DNA of 64,000 bases from Octopus vulgaris (GCA_951406725.2 OX597823.1:11160001-11224000); one strand, 5' to 3'. Shown: positions 25,188-38,013, counted from the first letter of the stretch. A program made the numbers and translations. Notes: generated by a model not told the origin, from the letters alone.

Positions 25188-26503
25188 ACATATGTGTGTG
25201 ATTGCCTATGTATTGCATATGTGTATGTGTCTATCTTTGTCTACAATGTTATTGTTCATCAATTGCAATATATAATTTTAAAAATCAAACAGAAATCTTA
25301 CCTTTATTGCTTTCCAACATAATACATGTTACTATTTTACTTGTTTGCAAATGTTACTTGGCCAGATGTGACTAACAGGTATTGTTGTTTAGACCTAGGT
25401 TAGCCCTTTTTGAATAGACAAATAACCAAAATGAATTCAGTTATGACCATCACATCTTTTATTTAGATGTAATGTACCTAGAACTACACTGTCTAGTGAG
25501 CTTTTTCTATATTTGAGTGTGATTTGAGGAAGATTTGGTTGTTATTTCTGGCAAATCAACAAAGTTCTCATTAGCTAATGATGTAGTTGTGGACAACTGT
25601 AAATTCTGACCAAAATAAACAAAAATGTGTGATAACAGTTTAAATAGTTTTAATTATATTTTCTACTGGGTGATGAATATACCTGGGTCAAGTTATGTTG
25701 ACCACAATAAATTGAAGATATGATACTAGGAATCATTTTTGTTGCCAAGAAAATAATACACAGAAAAGATTACTCTGTTACCAATGTAGAGATGAACATC
25801 GCGTTCTACAATCCTGATGGTGACACACGCATGTGTGCGCGCACACACTCACACACACATACACATGCACACACACACATGCACACACACACATGCACAC
25901 ACATGCATGCACACACACACACACATGCACACGTGTGCACATACACACACATGCACACACACACGCACACACACAAACACACACACACACGTGTGTTTGT
26001 GTGATACTTGTAGTTGGTGGTAAGCCAACAAAGAAACCAATAGAACATATCATATATATATATGTACCAGATAGAAGTGTGTGTGTGTGTGTGTGTGTGT
26101 GCATGCCTGTCAACCACTGTAAACAGTGTCAGGTGGTAATCTTCCCTATGCCAGATCTTCAGTACTCCTCTATGTTAGCTTTTTCACCACAGAGACCAGA
26201 AACACCTGTCTAAGTTATTGATCGATCAGAAAAGTTAATAGTGTAAGATAGTTTAGGTGCCAGTTTTTCTGACTTATTGGTACACGTGTGGTGTACCAAT
26301 TGATTGATTCAAAAAGTAATGAAGGTTTGGCTCAGCTGAAATTAAGCTGTCAACCTGTGGAGTTACTGATATGCTTCATCTAATTTACTTCAGATTCTCA
26401 GATTCTTAGAAGCAGTCTTATATTAAATATGAGTAATTGTGAGAAAGAAACATAGGGACAAAATTACTGTACAATATATATATAATAATCTGCATCTAAC
26501 ATA

Positions 26504-26926
26504 GGCGCAAGAGTGGCTGTGTGGTAAGTAGCTTGTTTACCAACCACATGGTTCTGGGTTCAGTCCCACTGCATGACACCTTGGGTAAGTGTCTTCTGCT
26601 ATAGCCTCGGGCCGACCAAAGCCTTGTGAGTGAATTTGCTAGACGGAAACTGAAAGAAGCCCGTCATATATATGTATATGTATATATATATGTGTGTGTG
26701 TGTGTTTATGTGTCTGTGTTTGTCCCCCTAGCATTGCTTGACAACCGATGCTGGTGTGTTTATGTCCCCCGTTACCTAGCGGTTCGGCAAAAGAGAACCG
26801 ATAGAATAAGTACTGGGCTTACAAAAGAATAAGTCCCGGGGTCGAGTTGCTCGATTAAAGGCGGTGCTCCAGCATGGCCGCAGTCAAATGACTGAAATAA
26901 GTAAAAGAGTAGAAGAGTAAGAGTAA
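26504..26926 (+). mobile_element. SINE family A, full length
   Basis: Same head, core and tail as the 3361 copy. Confidence 0.92.
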
Positions 26927-27524
26927 CACTCTAAATCTCAATGAAGATTTAGAATGTTAGAAATACATATAAGTTTAAAATATTTTGATTTGCTTCATTT
27001 CAAAGAAAAACCAAACGTGTGTATACAAAATCTGTACATGCATGCATTATTATTTTAGTGTCACGGATGAAATAGAGACGGATAAAATATGTAGTTTTGG
27101 GCCTTTACAATCTAACTTTCAAAACCCATGACAGTTGACTTTGACCTTTGTTCTTCAGGTGTCAGTAAGTTAAGTACTGAGTTGGGATAGTTTCAATTGA
27201 CTATTCTCATTCCCTCAAAATTTATAGTTTTGTGCCTAAATTACAAGTCATTAATTTTACATTAGCAGATAGGGTAAATTGCTGAACTGCTTTACAATAA
27301 TTAGTTACATCCTTTACATTTTGAGTACACATACCTTTAAAGGCCAATGTTACTCTTTATCCTTTTAGTTACTTACTACATCAATTAAATCAAGTCTACT
27401 CCCTTTCACCTAAAATTTTAACTCTGTGCCTCTGATTAAAATCATTATCTTTTTAGAATCTTCACATTCAGTTTGAATATGAATTCATATATTTCACACA
27501 CACATAATTTTTTTTCAGTACATA

Positions 27525-27686
27525 GGTGCAGGAATGGCTGTATGGTAAGTAGCTTGCTTACCAACCACATGGTTTTGGGTTCAGTCCCACTGTGTGGCAC
27601 CTTGGGCAAGTGTCTTCTACTATAGCCTCGGGCCAACCAAAGCCTTGTGAGTGGATTTGGTAGACGGAAGCTGAAAGAAGCCCGTC

Positions 27687-27721
<35 letters not shown>

Positions 27722-27985
27722 TGTGTACAGTGCTCAGGTGCACTACATATACATATGTATATGTATGTGTGTATCTGTGTTTGTCCCTCCACCCACCCAC
27801 CCAATATCATTTGACAACCGATGCTGGTGTGTTTACGTCTCCGTTACTTAGTGGTTTGGCAAAAGAGATGGATAGAATAAGTACTAGGCTTACAAAATGT
27901 AAGTCCTGGGGTTGATATGCTCGACTAAAGACGGTGCTCCGGCATGGCCACAGTCAAATGCCTGAAAGAAGTAAAAGAAGGAGTA
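27525..27985 (+). mobile_element. SINE family A with a nested CR1 tail
   Basis: Family A sequence interrupted within its internal TA tract. Confidence 0.88.
27694..27747 (-). mobile_element. Minimal CR1 3' end (stem-loop plus tail only)
   Basis: (aat)n-tgtgtacagtgctcaggtgcactaca, identical to the CR1 terminus at 5635-5685. Confidence 0.85.
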
Positions 27986-28488
27986 TATATAACATATAGC
28001 TAATAAAATAAATCTTTATGAAAATCTATATTAACTAAGGATTATTTAAATAGCAGATAAATATTTATAAATCAAATAATACTTTCACATTAACAACAAA
28101 GATTTTGATTACAATATTTTTTAAGGGTTTGGATGGGTACAATTTTCTGATTCCAGTATAATTCTAGTATTTATTTCATTGATTCTGGCAAGGTGAAAAT
28201 AAAATTACTTGCTGCTTTATTTGAACTTGGAACCATCAGAGATGAAAGTAAAAACAGCAAAACATTTTGTGTGTAGTTTTATTGTCTTAGCAAAATTCAC
28301 TGCTCTGTGTATTGACACCTACTGAAAATAGCATTGAAAATAATCTTTAATGCATGAGTATTAATTCTATTGTATGTGTGAGGCAGGTGGTTAGATAGGG
28401 TGTGTGTATGTGTGTATATACACTCACTCAAGTATGTATGTATATATATATATGTATGTATGTATGCACACATGTATGTATGTATATG

Positions 28489-28544
<56 letters not shown>

Positions 28545-29089
28545 CATACACACACATATACACACATACACATACATGTACACAGAAAATGTGAGTGAGA
28601 GAGAGGGAGATGATTTTATCTTTAATAAGCTTTTAAAACTATTAGGAGGCTAACTAATCTAAAATCAATCTAACATTATCTTAATCTAACCTTTAAATTC
28701 AGCATGTTCTTTAATTTAATTAGAGGAATTCCTCAAAGGAATTTTGATGTAAAGAATATTAAATTTCATTAGTTAAAAAATGTATAAAAATCAGAATTTT
28801 TAAAACAGAATAACAAAGCATTTTGGATGTTAAAATAGTTTCCATATTATTAATTTCTCTTTGATTTATCTTTAACACATAAACTCACTAGTGTTGTAAA
28901 TCAAGTAAAACAGTTACCATTATTTGATATAATATAATTAATGGCAGTTTTTAATAAGATTGAAATAAAAATTGATTTCTTTAGTCCGTGCTGGTTTACT
29001 CATATATACTAAATATATTACTCACATATAATATATGTTTCTAGAGTAGGGACTTCAAGGTGTAAAAAGAATTCAGATTTCATATAAAT

Positions 29090-29441
29090 ATGGGCATGGA
29101 TTCACTGAAGCTCCGGCATCTGGCGATGGACTTGGTAGACACCCACAAAGTTATCAACCACCTCACCAACAACAACACTGAACACCTTTTTGATCTCCAT
29201 TTGTCTAACACACGTGGACATGCCTACAAAGTCAGAAAACAACACAGCTCCCATGACTTTCGGAAACATTTTTTCACGCTCAGAGTTGCTGAAGCATGGA
29301 ACAAACTGCCTGCGTCAGTTGTTGACTGCCATGACACTGCATCCTTTAAGGCCCTCATGCTTTCTGAAATCTGCCGAAACTACACCTGATTATATATACA
29401 CTTTAGATGAGTTGTAGTGCACCTGAGCACTGTACACAATG

Positions 29442-29476
<35 letters not shown>
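29090..29476 (+). mobile_element. CR1 3' fragment (last 99 codons, UTR, tail)
   Basis: ORF 29090-29389 is nearly identical to the C-terminus of 5707-6720. Confidence 0.92.
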
Positions 29477-29477
<1 letters not shown>

Positions 29478-29635
29478 AAAGAAGTTTATAAACAGAATGA
29501 TTTGCTGATGTCAAGTTTAAATTTAGTAAAAATTTCATATTTAATAGGTCACTCTATGTATGCAGAGAAAAAATATATATTCATTTGTTTATACTTTTTT
29601 CTAAGGATATTTTTCCATGCTAATATAGGTTAGAT

Positions 29636-30030
29636 CAGTATTTCTTAACCATATTTTTTATAGTCTTTTAAGTAGTTGTTATGACTAGTGCCCATGTAGG
29701 TGGTAAGATAACATGACTAAACTAACTTAACTTGGATGATCATTTATAAGTTCTACTCTAAACTGGATTGTATAAGCTTTTAACAGTGAGATGATAAAAT
29801 ATTAATAAAGACAAAAATCGTAAATTTACTTTATACATCACTAGTTAATGACTTCCCTGTGCCTGTTCAGATCTCATTTAATTACCATCATTAGTTTTAT
29901 CATGTTTAATATAATTACTCCTATAGGAGTGTGTTAATTATGTTACCTTACTGTCCCCTAAAACCTAATGTCCACTTCAACATGTCTAGTACTCCCTTGG
30001 GTGTGCTACTGCCCATGTTGAGAACTGATG
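29636..30030. mobile_element. Possible decayed hAT-type MITE
   Basis: Ends cagtatttcttaacc ... gttgagaactgatg resemble CAGTGGTTCTCAAC termini; no clear 8-bp TSD. Confidence 0.3.
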
Positions 30031-30135
30031 GGTTACATGAATATGTCCCTTATCCAACTCATGCTACACACACACAATTTACCAAGGTAGTTCTAGCAAA
30101 TTAGACATGGCCGGTACGGTCTGAAACACATCTAA

Positions 30136-30171
<36 letters not shown>

Positions 30172-30270
30172 AATATAGTAAGTGTAGAAATTAATATTAT
30201 TAAATAATATCAATTTCAGCCAATGGTCAGCATACTTAAAAAACGTTCAAAGACCATGAATTATATTTAA

Positions 30271-30378
30271 ATATAAATAAGAGGAGAGACCACTAAGTGG
30301 ATCCCTTGTATGCTAAAGATAGATGTCTATTTTTAGCAGACAACGGATCCACTTAGTGGTCTCTCCTCTTATTTATAT
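30271..30378. other. 108-bp near-perfect palindrome
   Basis: 34-bp perfect outer arms plus 19-bp inner arms with 3 differences and a 2-nt centre. Confidence 0.92.
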
Positions 30379-30513
30379 ATATATAATCGGTCGATAATTC
30401 ATAAATCCCAAAAGAAGCACGCTCTAAAACTTTAGACCTGTAATACTTAGAAGGTTCTTTATTATGGCTGTTCAGAGAGTGACTGTTGTTGGTTTTGCAC
30501 CTATGAAGCTCTT

Positions 30514-30760
30514 CATCATCATCATTGTTCGACCGTGGTCGAGACAATGGAATTTACCATGCTACGCCAGACTTCACGGTCCATCATGGCATTATGGAGG
30601 TCCTGTTGCTGGATGCCTGTATCCCTGGAGATTACATCAGGTAGGAGAATGTGCACCCTCTGGTATTGTGAGTAGATGGCTTCCAGAGGAGAAGAGTAGA
30701 AATTACCTCTTTTTCAGCTCTACAACAATGTCCAGCAAACTGGACTCTCTTACCTTTCAC
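30514..30760 (-). mobile_element. RTE-clade LINE 3' end (second family) with 11-bp TSD
   Basis: Encodes RVQFAGHCCRAEKEVISTLLLWKP...MMDREVWR; TSD atgaagctctt at 30503-30513 and 30761-30771. Confidence 0.88.
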
Positions 30761-30900
30761 ATGAAGCTCTTAGTGGCATAAGTAACTTGTCAAACTCTTT
30801 GCTCAGTACCTCCAGTCAATGAGTCACCTATGCCACTGAGAGATTTATAGGCGTGAAATTAATGGTTACTCTCTAGCTGGCCATAACAAACAATGTTCTT

Positions 30901-30934
<34 letters not shown>

Positions 30935-31217
30935 TACATAAAACATGAAACTTAGAAATGTTTCAACCAGAATTGGCCCTATCCAATAACACTATCTTGT
31001 AAAATTCTTTGAATTATGATTAGGTTATGTTTTGTGTCACCATAGCCCACTCAAGTAAGGAGCTGTTTAATTGTAAAGCAATACAAACAAAATATGAGGA
31101 TACCAAAAGTGTTATGCTTAGCGTCCCATATCAACGTATGTAGATATGGGACATTCATGTTCGTGTGAAACATTTTACTATTGTTGTTTTGTAAGTATAA
31201 ATTCAGTACATATAGTA

Positions 31218-31263
<46 letters not shown>

Positions 31264-33051
31264 TATAGTACTGTATATATTACTTATGACTAGTGGTATC
31301 TTTTCTGCAATAGTTTTCATGTTATTCATCAAACATGATATGATTGATTGAAAGATAGATAATTTTTTGCTTACACATTACATTATGAAAAATATATTAT
31401 TATAATCAGGAAAACAGACCTAAAATACATTATTCAAATTATGCGACATGGCATTGTTCATGTTTAATATTCATTTTTCAGTTTCTTCTAAATGTTAGCT
31501 ATTTATAAAATTTTCCAACTTCATAATCAAATGAATGCAGACTAAATAATTTTATGGACAAAAAATTAAACTTTGCAAAATTTCATACAATCTCTTAATT
31601 GATCTAATCTAGCCTGTCATAATATATGAAAGTGTCATTAAACTATATAGCAGTAGTTGCTTTGCAAATATAATTTTCTTCTATATTCACCAGTGTGGTG
31701 TACTCTGTGTTACATATGTTGTTCGTTCACAATATTTCTTTAGGGGTGTGGCTTTAATTTATGATGAGCGAATATCTCATAAAACTTGCTGCCAGTAGAA
31801 GGTTGCCCATACCTGACATACATGCTCTTTTATTAACAATCTTTTGATGTTCTTTATAGAAGTGAATGTATAAAATTTTAATATTACATGAAAGTAGTGC
31901 TCTAACTTAGTCATAGACCTGAGGTCTCTAGATTAAGGTGCATGGCTACATTTCACTCTTTGTTGGAAAAGGAAAGGCATAAATACATGAACATTTTATT
32001 TCATTTCTTCACATTAGATAAAAAAGATTAGGCAAAATGTTTATTGCAAGGTCTTGAGTGTTTGATGAAAGTAAGTGAGGTAGCTTTGGAGACTTTAGCA
32101 TGCTAATTGTTATTTAATCCTAATCCAGCCTTGATCAAATAGATTTGTGATCAAAACATTCTTGATATGGACATTAATTCTTTTAAGATGTATGTAGGAT
32201 TATATTAACCAATGAATTGTTTTTTTAAGACAGTTGGATGTGACCTGAGGGGGATATGAGTGCTATTTCTAGCTGGTTGAGTGATAATTAGAGATACCCT
32301 CATTGGGTTGCTAGTTTACAGAAGCAGAAGCTGTTGTAGTAGTAGAGATAGAAGAAGCAGAGAGGAGAAACAGTATCTCCCTAAACCTGTGTTTGCAGCA
32401 TGTTGGTATGTAAATCATTGACAAATATGCTGGATGACCTTTCTCTTTAAAATATGATCTAGAATGCATGTGTGTAGAGAGTGTAGCTGTAGCAGCTGTT
32501 TCCCTAATATGTGAACAGTATCCCAATGTGGATCAGATATGAGCTCTATAAAGAGTCAGAAAGGGACAAACTCTGAAGAATTTTCATGCTCTGAAGTGGA
32601 AGTATAGTATTTGGAATGTAATTTTTAACAATATCAGACCTATTCAGTAACTTTATTACTATTGAAAATAATGATTTTTTGTCAACAGAAATGATAAGTG
32701 TGATAATTAAAACTTCAAGATGAACATTGAAAATCTAATAACATCTGATTATATGACATATTCTTAATGTAAATTCAGGTTTGAGAATTATTTCAAAATT
32801 AGATTTTAAATAGATTCTGTATTTTCTGCATAAAGAAACAAGTAGAAAATCATATTTTGATATATTTTTATTTATATCGCTTGACAACTATACTTCATGT
32901 GTGTATGAGTCTATCAGTATATGGTTTAATGTGTCTGCCCATCTGTGTATATATAATTCTGTATATTAATAAGTTGTCTTTTATGAAATTTCTTCAAATT
33001 TCTTGTAATTTTAAATTGTGTTCACTCACATATGGCTTTGAATTCAAATAT

Positions 33052-33082
<31 letters not shown>

Positions 33083-33731
33083 ACAAGGTCATCGTTTTCC
33101 CTTTGGGGTCTAAACTATTGGACTACTTTTATTCTATGGCTTTGTATTGCAATGAAATGAGTATTCACATTTATATATTCTTCTACAAAGAAAAGAATAA
33201 AAACAACCTGATCTAAAAATGATTAAATAACACCTAAAATGTCTTGACTGCTGAAGTTGACATTAATGGAAGATGATAGTTTTAATCTAGTATCTATTTG
33301 TTTTTATATTTTGTTAATATTGTCATGTTGGCAAAGACTAGGTCTTAGGTTTTTGATTATGCCATATTTCAAGCAAGAATATCCACTAAACTACTATCAG
33401 TTATTTGTTGTTTGACTTTATTTTCTTTGGTGGCAGAAGAACCCTTCAGATCATTTATTGTGTTTAGTTAACTTTTTTGTACTTTGGTAGGCTTTGTGGT
33501 TAAGATCACTTTACATCCACATAGTTTTGGCAATCCCACTGCATGGCTACTTTACCAAATTCCCTTTAATATAGGCTCAAGCTAAATAGTGCCTTGTGAG
33601 CAAATTTGGTTGACAGAATGAGTAATAAGCCAGTCATGTGCACACATGCTTGTGAGTGTGAATATACATGATTATTGATATTTTGCTTGTCACTGTTTAA
33701 GCAAAGAGGTGGTAATGTTGACATTATGACT

Positions 33732-33892
33732 ACTCGCAATACCAGAGGGCGCACACTCTCCTACCCTGATGTAATCTCCAGGGATACAGGCATCCAGCAA
33801 CAGGACCTCCGTAATGCCATGATGGACCGTGAAGTCTGGCGTAGCATGGTAAATTCCATTGTCTCGACCACGGTCGAACAATGATGATGATG
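33732..33892 (+). mobile_element. RTE-clade LINE 3' end (second family), nested in a decayed SINE A
   Basis: TRGRTLSYPDVISRDTG...TTVEQ* running into (tga)n; TSD atgact at 33726-33731 and 33893-33898. Confidence 0.88.
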
Positions 33893-35099
33893 ATGACTGG
33901 TTGCTCTGTGCTTTAGACTTATGGAGTATAAAAACCTAAAAGACAGGTAAAGGCTGGATACAGGAGAAGCATCAGGCATGAAATCATAAAGTCCTGTATC
34001 AGAATCAGTTCTTCTCCAAGTCATGCTGGCATGGAAAAAACTGGTTACTAAATGAATGACCACACAGTTGAGCAAAGTCACTAAAAGAGAGATGTACATC
34101 ATTTTCCATTGAATTTTCAAGTCCGGTTAACACAAAATGTTAGCAGGAACTTTAAAGTACAAACCAAAGTTGTGTCTGAACAGATGCCAATGAGATGTAG
34201 TTATTTTCAGTCACTCCTTTTGTGAAGCTGTATGTTCCTGATTTCGTTTAGTTAATGAACGTAGGGGGAAAAATGTATCTATTTGCAATGGAAAGAATCC
34301 AGCATTTTCATCTCACACTGTTATTTTCTGTTTATCTAATTTATAAAGTAGCTTAGGTCATACAAATACATTATAGATGCACAAACGAAACTTTCTGCTC
34401 ACACGATTTTATCAGAACTTCAGAGATCACATGGACTAATTTAGTAGTATCTACAATTAAATTATATGAAGTATATTTTCCTAGATATTGTTTTTAGCAG
34501 TCAGAAATTAAAACAAAAAGAATGAACAAATAGCTACTGAAATAGAGTTATGTGAAAGATAAACCAAATTAGTGTTAGAAAAACTGTAATTCAGTTTAAG
34601 CTCACACTATTTACCTTCAAAATATTGAGGTAAAAATAGCACAATTTTAAAAGAAATGATAAAGAAAACAGATTTAAATATAGCTACCTCACTCCTACAT
34701 TATGGAAGTATTGCATTCTTGGAAATCTTGCCATAATATGGAATTCTAAATGACATTCTTACTCCCTCGTATGGATGTCAATGGACAACTGATTTCACAT
34801 AATGGAATATTATGTTACAGCAAGGTTTTTCAGAAGTGAAGCCTATAGTTAATATGTGAGTGTGAGACTGTAGTATAACTAGTAACACAGTCACTAGGCA
34901 AGTGGTTTTGAATTCTATCAGTGGGTCTGTTGATTTTTTTTTTTTTTCATATCTTATACCAACTTGTAGGTATGGAGTATATATCAGTTTTCTTACATCT
35001 CACCACGAAACACATATATACTTCCATAATACCAGCACTCTTCTAAAATATTCCTATGCTTTACAGAAGCCTATGGAGTTTCTGTTAAGGTGCTGATGG

Positions 35100-35430
35100 C
35101 AACATAAAGCTGTTGAAGGATCAAAGCTCTTTTCAAACCCCACTTCCTGCAGTTTTCTGTTATCTAAGCCTCTAATATATAGAAAATGCACATGTTCATG
35201 TTACAGGAATGAAGATGTATCAACTTCATAATAGCTGGAATATATTTAAGAATGACTCTCCTACCTCACTCTTTTCTCTTCATGATTATCATGCCCACCT
35301 CTGCACTAACAACTACATCCATTCTCTCCTGTCTAGAATGTTTACCTTCTGGAATTCTTTATTTGCCTGTATTTTCCTATGGCTAGAAACTTTAAAATAT
35401 TTGAGAGAAACATTTACTAAATCACATCAG
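35100..35430 (+). mobile_element. Decayed L2/CR1-group ORF2 C-terminus
   Basis: TNNYIHSLLSRMFTFWNSL resembles the RTxxYxxSFFPRTxxLWNSLP terminal motif. Confidence 0.45.
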
Positions 35431-35502
35431 TATCAAAGGACTTGTATTCTTGAAACTCTTCACACTAAATCAATAAAAAAAAGAGCCTCCTTTATAGATG
35501 TA

Positions 35503-35902
35503 CTAGCAGTATCGCCCGGCATTGCTCGGGTTTGTAAGGGAAATAACTATATAAGCATTTTTAGAGATGTAAAGTATAATAGCCATCTCAATATGGCTAA
35601 CCACAAAGGGGAGGGGGTGTTACTGTAGCTTTTTACGTTCTGAGATTTAATAATAAATTTTTAGAGAGTTACTTCCCTTATATATGCCAAAAATGCATTA
35701 AAAATGGGAAAAATTGATGGTAAATTTTTTTTAAAATCGTAGACTCATCGTAGACACACGCTAATACCCAAGAAGGGCTCGATATGAATCACAACTATAA
35801 GATACCCGGTTTTGGTTAAACTGCACCGCAAAATGTGGGAGTAGTTAGGAATCTAAATCGTAGGAGACAGACAGCACACAACCTCTCTTTTATATATAAA
35901 GA
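35503..35902 (-). mobile_element. Non-autonomous Helitron, variant with a different internal segment
   Basis: CTAG/hairpin end at 35503, TC end at 35902, A|T target. Confidence 0.88.
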
Positions 35903-36029
35903 TTACTTAATTCTAAGACAAAGTTTAGTAAACATAATCTTTACAAGCTTTCCCAGACTGGTAATGTCAACAATATAGTTAAACTCTTGTTGGGAAAGGT
36001 ATAACTTGATACCTAAGACCATTGTCAAT

Positions 36030-36350
36030 CATCAGTATTGTTTAATGTCCATTCTAGTTTGGGTTGGATGGCTTGACAGGATCCAACTGGTCCAAAGACT
36101 GTATCAGGCTTCACTGTCTACTTTGGCATAGTTTCTATGACTGAATGCCTTTCCTAATGTCAATCACTTTACAGTATGTGCTGGATTTTTTTTTTTTTTT
36201 TGTATTTCCCAGCAGCAAGACTATAAACTCCAAGAGAGGCAGCTTTATGCTAGGAGATGAAAAACTTAAAGTATAAGAGAAGAACCCAGATTAGAACAGG
36301 TTTCTTTTTGTAGACATAGCTACTCACATCTTAGAAGAGGTGAGAAGGGA
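36030..36350 (-). mobile_element. Old RTE-type 3' UTR remnant (related segment at ~38350-38520)
   Basis: gggttggatggcttgacagg...; cagctttatgctaggagatgaa...agaacaggtttct...gctactca shared with 38410-38510. Confidence 0.55.
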
Positions 36351-36919
36351 TAAAAATAGTGGTAATGAAGTATTTGGGAAGAACCTCAAGGTATGAGGGG
36401 AACAGAAGTGAGTGGGAACATAAAGACTGGGAAAATGGATGGATAGAGGTTGCAAGTGTGTGAGGAGGTGGGTGAGTGAGAGATGGGCAATTAGTGAAGG
36501 GATGAATATAATGAATGAAGAACAAGTTTTGACAGATGATAAGGGCGGTAAAGTAGAGTAGTTGAGAACTGAAGAGATTGGATAAAGTTGAGGGATGGAT
36601 GTAGTGATTGGTGCATAAGGGCTGGGGTGACGAATGAAAATATAGGAATGAAGAACAGTAGCAAAGTTATGGTACATTCAACCTGAAAACGAAGAAGAAA
36701 GAGATGATATTTTACAAATGCTGATTTGTCTGAAACTTACTGATGATTTATTCAACTGGTTGCATAAGCTGTCAGGTGAAACATGAAGTCCTGGTTAAAA
36801 CAACTTTTACAATAAATTTGACTTGACTTTCAGTGTTGAGTCTCTCCATCAGAAAATGTTTTCTTGTTATTCTTAAACTTGCTGTAAAATACTAACTTAA
36901 AATTAACATTTACATAATA

Positions 36920-37328
36920 GGCACAGGGATGGCTGTGTGGTAAGTAGCTTGCTAACCAAACACATGGTTCCAGGTTCAGTCCCACTGCGTGGTATCTTGG
37001 GCAGGTGTCTTCTGCTATAGCCCCGGGCCAACCAATGCCTTGTGAGTGGATTTGGTAGACGGAAACTGAAAGAAGCCTGTCGTATATATGTATATATATA
37101 TATGTGTGTGTGTGTTTGTGTGTCTGTGTTTGTTCCCCTAGCATCGCTTGACAACCGATGCTGGTGTGTTTACGTCCCCATCACTTAGCGGTTCAGCAAA
37201 AAGAGACCAATAGAATAAGTACTGGCCTTACAAAAAGAATAAGTCCTGGGGTCGAGTTGCTCGACTAAAGGTGATGCTCCAGCATGGCCGCAGTCAAATG
37301 ACTGAAACAAGTAAAAGAGTAAAGAGTA
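36920..37328 (+). mobile_element. SINE family A, full length
   Basis: Same head, core and tail as the 3361 copy. Confidence 0.92.
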
Positions 37329-37684
37329 TAAGTAATGACGTTTCCTAAAAATTCTATTTACAAATCACATGCAGGTATAGTATAGGCTGTGGTAAATACA
37401 CCACAGCAATGCATAGGAAGTGTACTAATTAATTTTCGTTGATCAATTTAATTCTTTACTTTTTTCTCATTTGTATAACTTCCCCAGCATGCAGCAAACT
37501 CTAGCTACTTGGATGAATTACTTTCCCAGCATGCAGCAGTCTCTAGCAACTGGTAGTCAAGCCAGCCTAGAAATTCTATACCTTATAATTGATACCTGAC
37601 ACTTTAAACAAAACAATAAATAAAAGCCCACAACATTTTTAACAGAAACAACATAAAAGCTTGACATGGCATTCACTCTTCTAA

Positions 37685-37860
37685 TGCATATATATATATA
37701 TGTATGTGTGTATATACATATATATATATGTATATATATGTTTGTATGTATGTATATTTATATATATATATATGTATATATGTATGTGCATATATATATA
37801 TATATATATACATGTATGTATACATATTTCTATATATGTGTGTGTATATATATATATATA

Positions 37861-37905
<45 letters not shown>

Positions 37906-37968
37906 ATGTATATGTATTTATATATATGTGTGTATTTATATATATATGTATATATATACATGTATATG

Positions 37969-38013
<45 letters not shown>

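Noticed and set aside
26276-26300. Small hairpins (attggtacac/gtgtaccaat; also ~20597-20628 and ~37396-37418)
   Set aside because: Stems of 8-10 bp are expected by chance and have no supporting context.
36741-36882. Minus-strand segment with a good acceptor (tattttacag) and donor (gtaagt)
   Set aside because: Stops in all three frames; no support as a coding exon.
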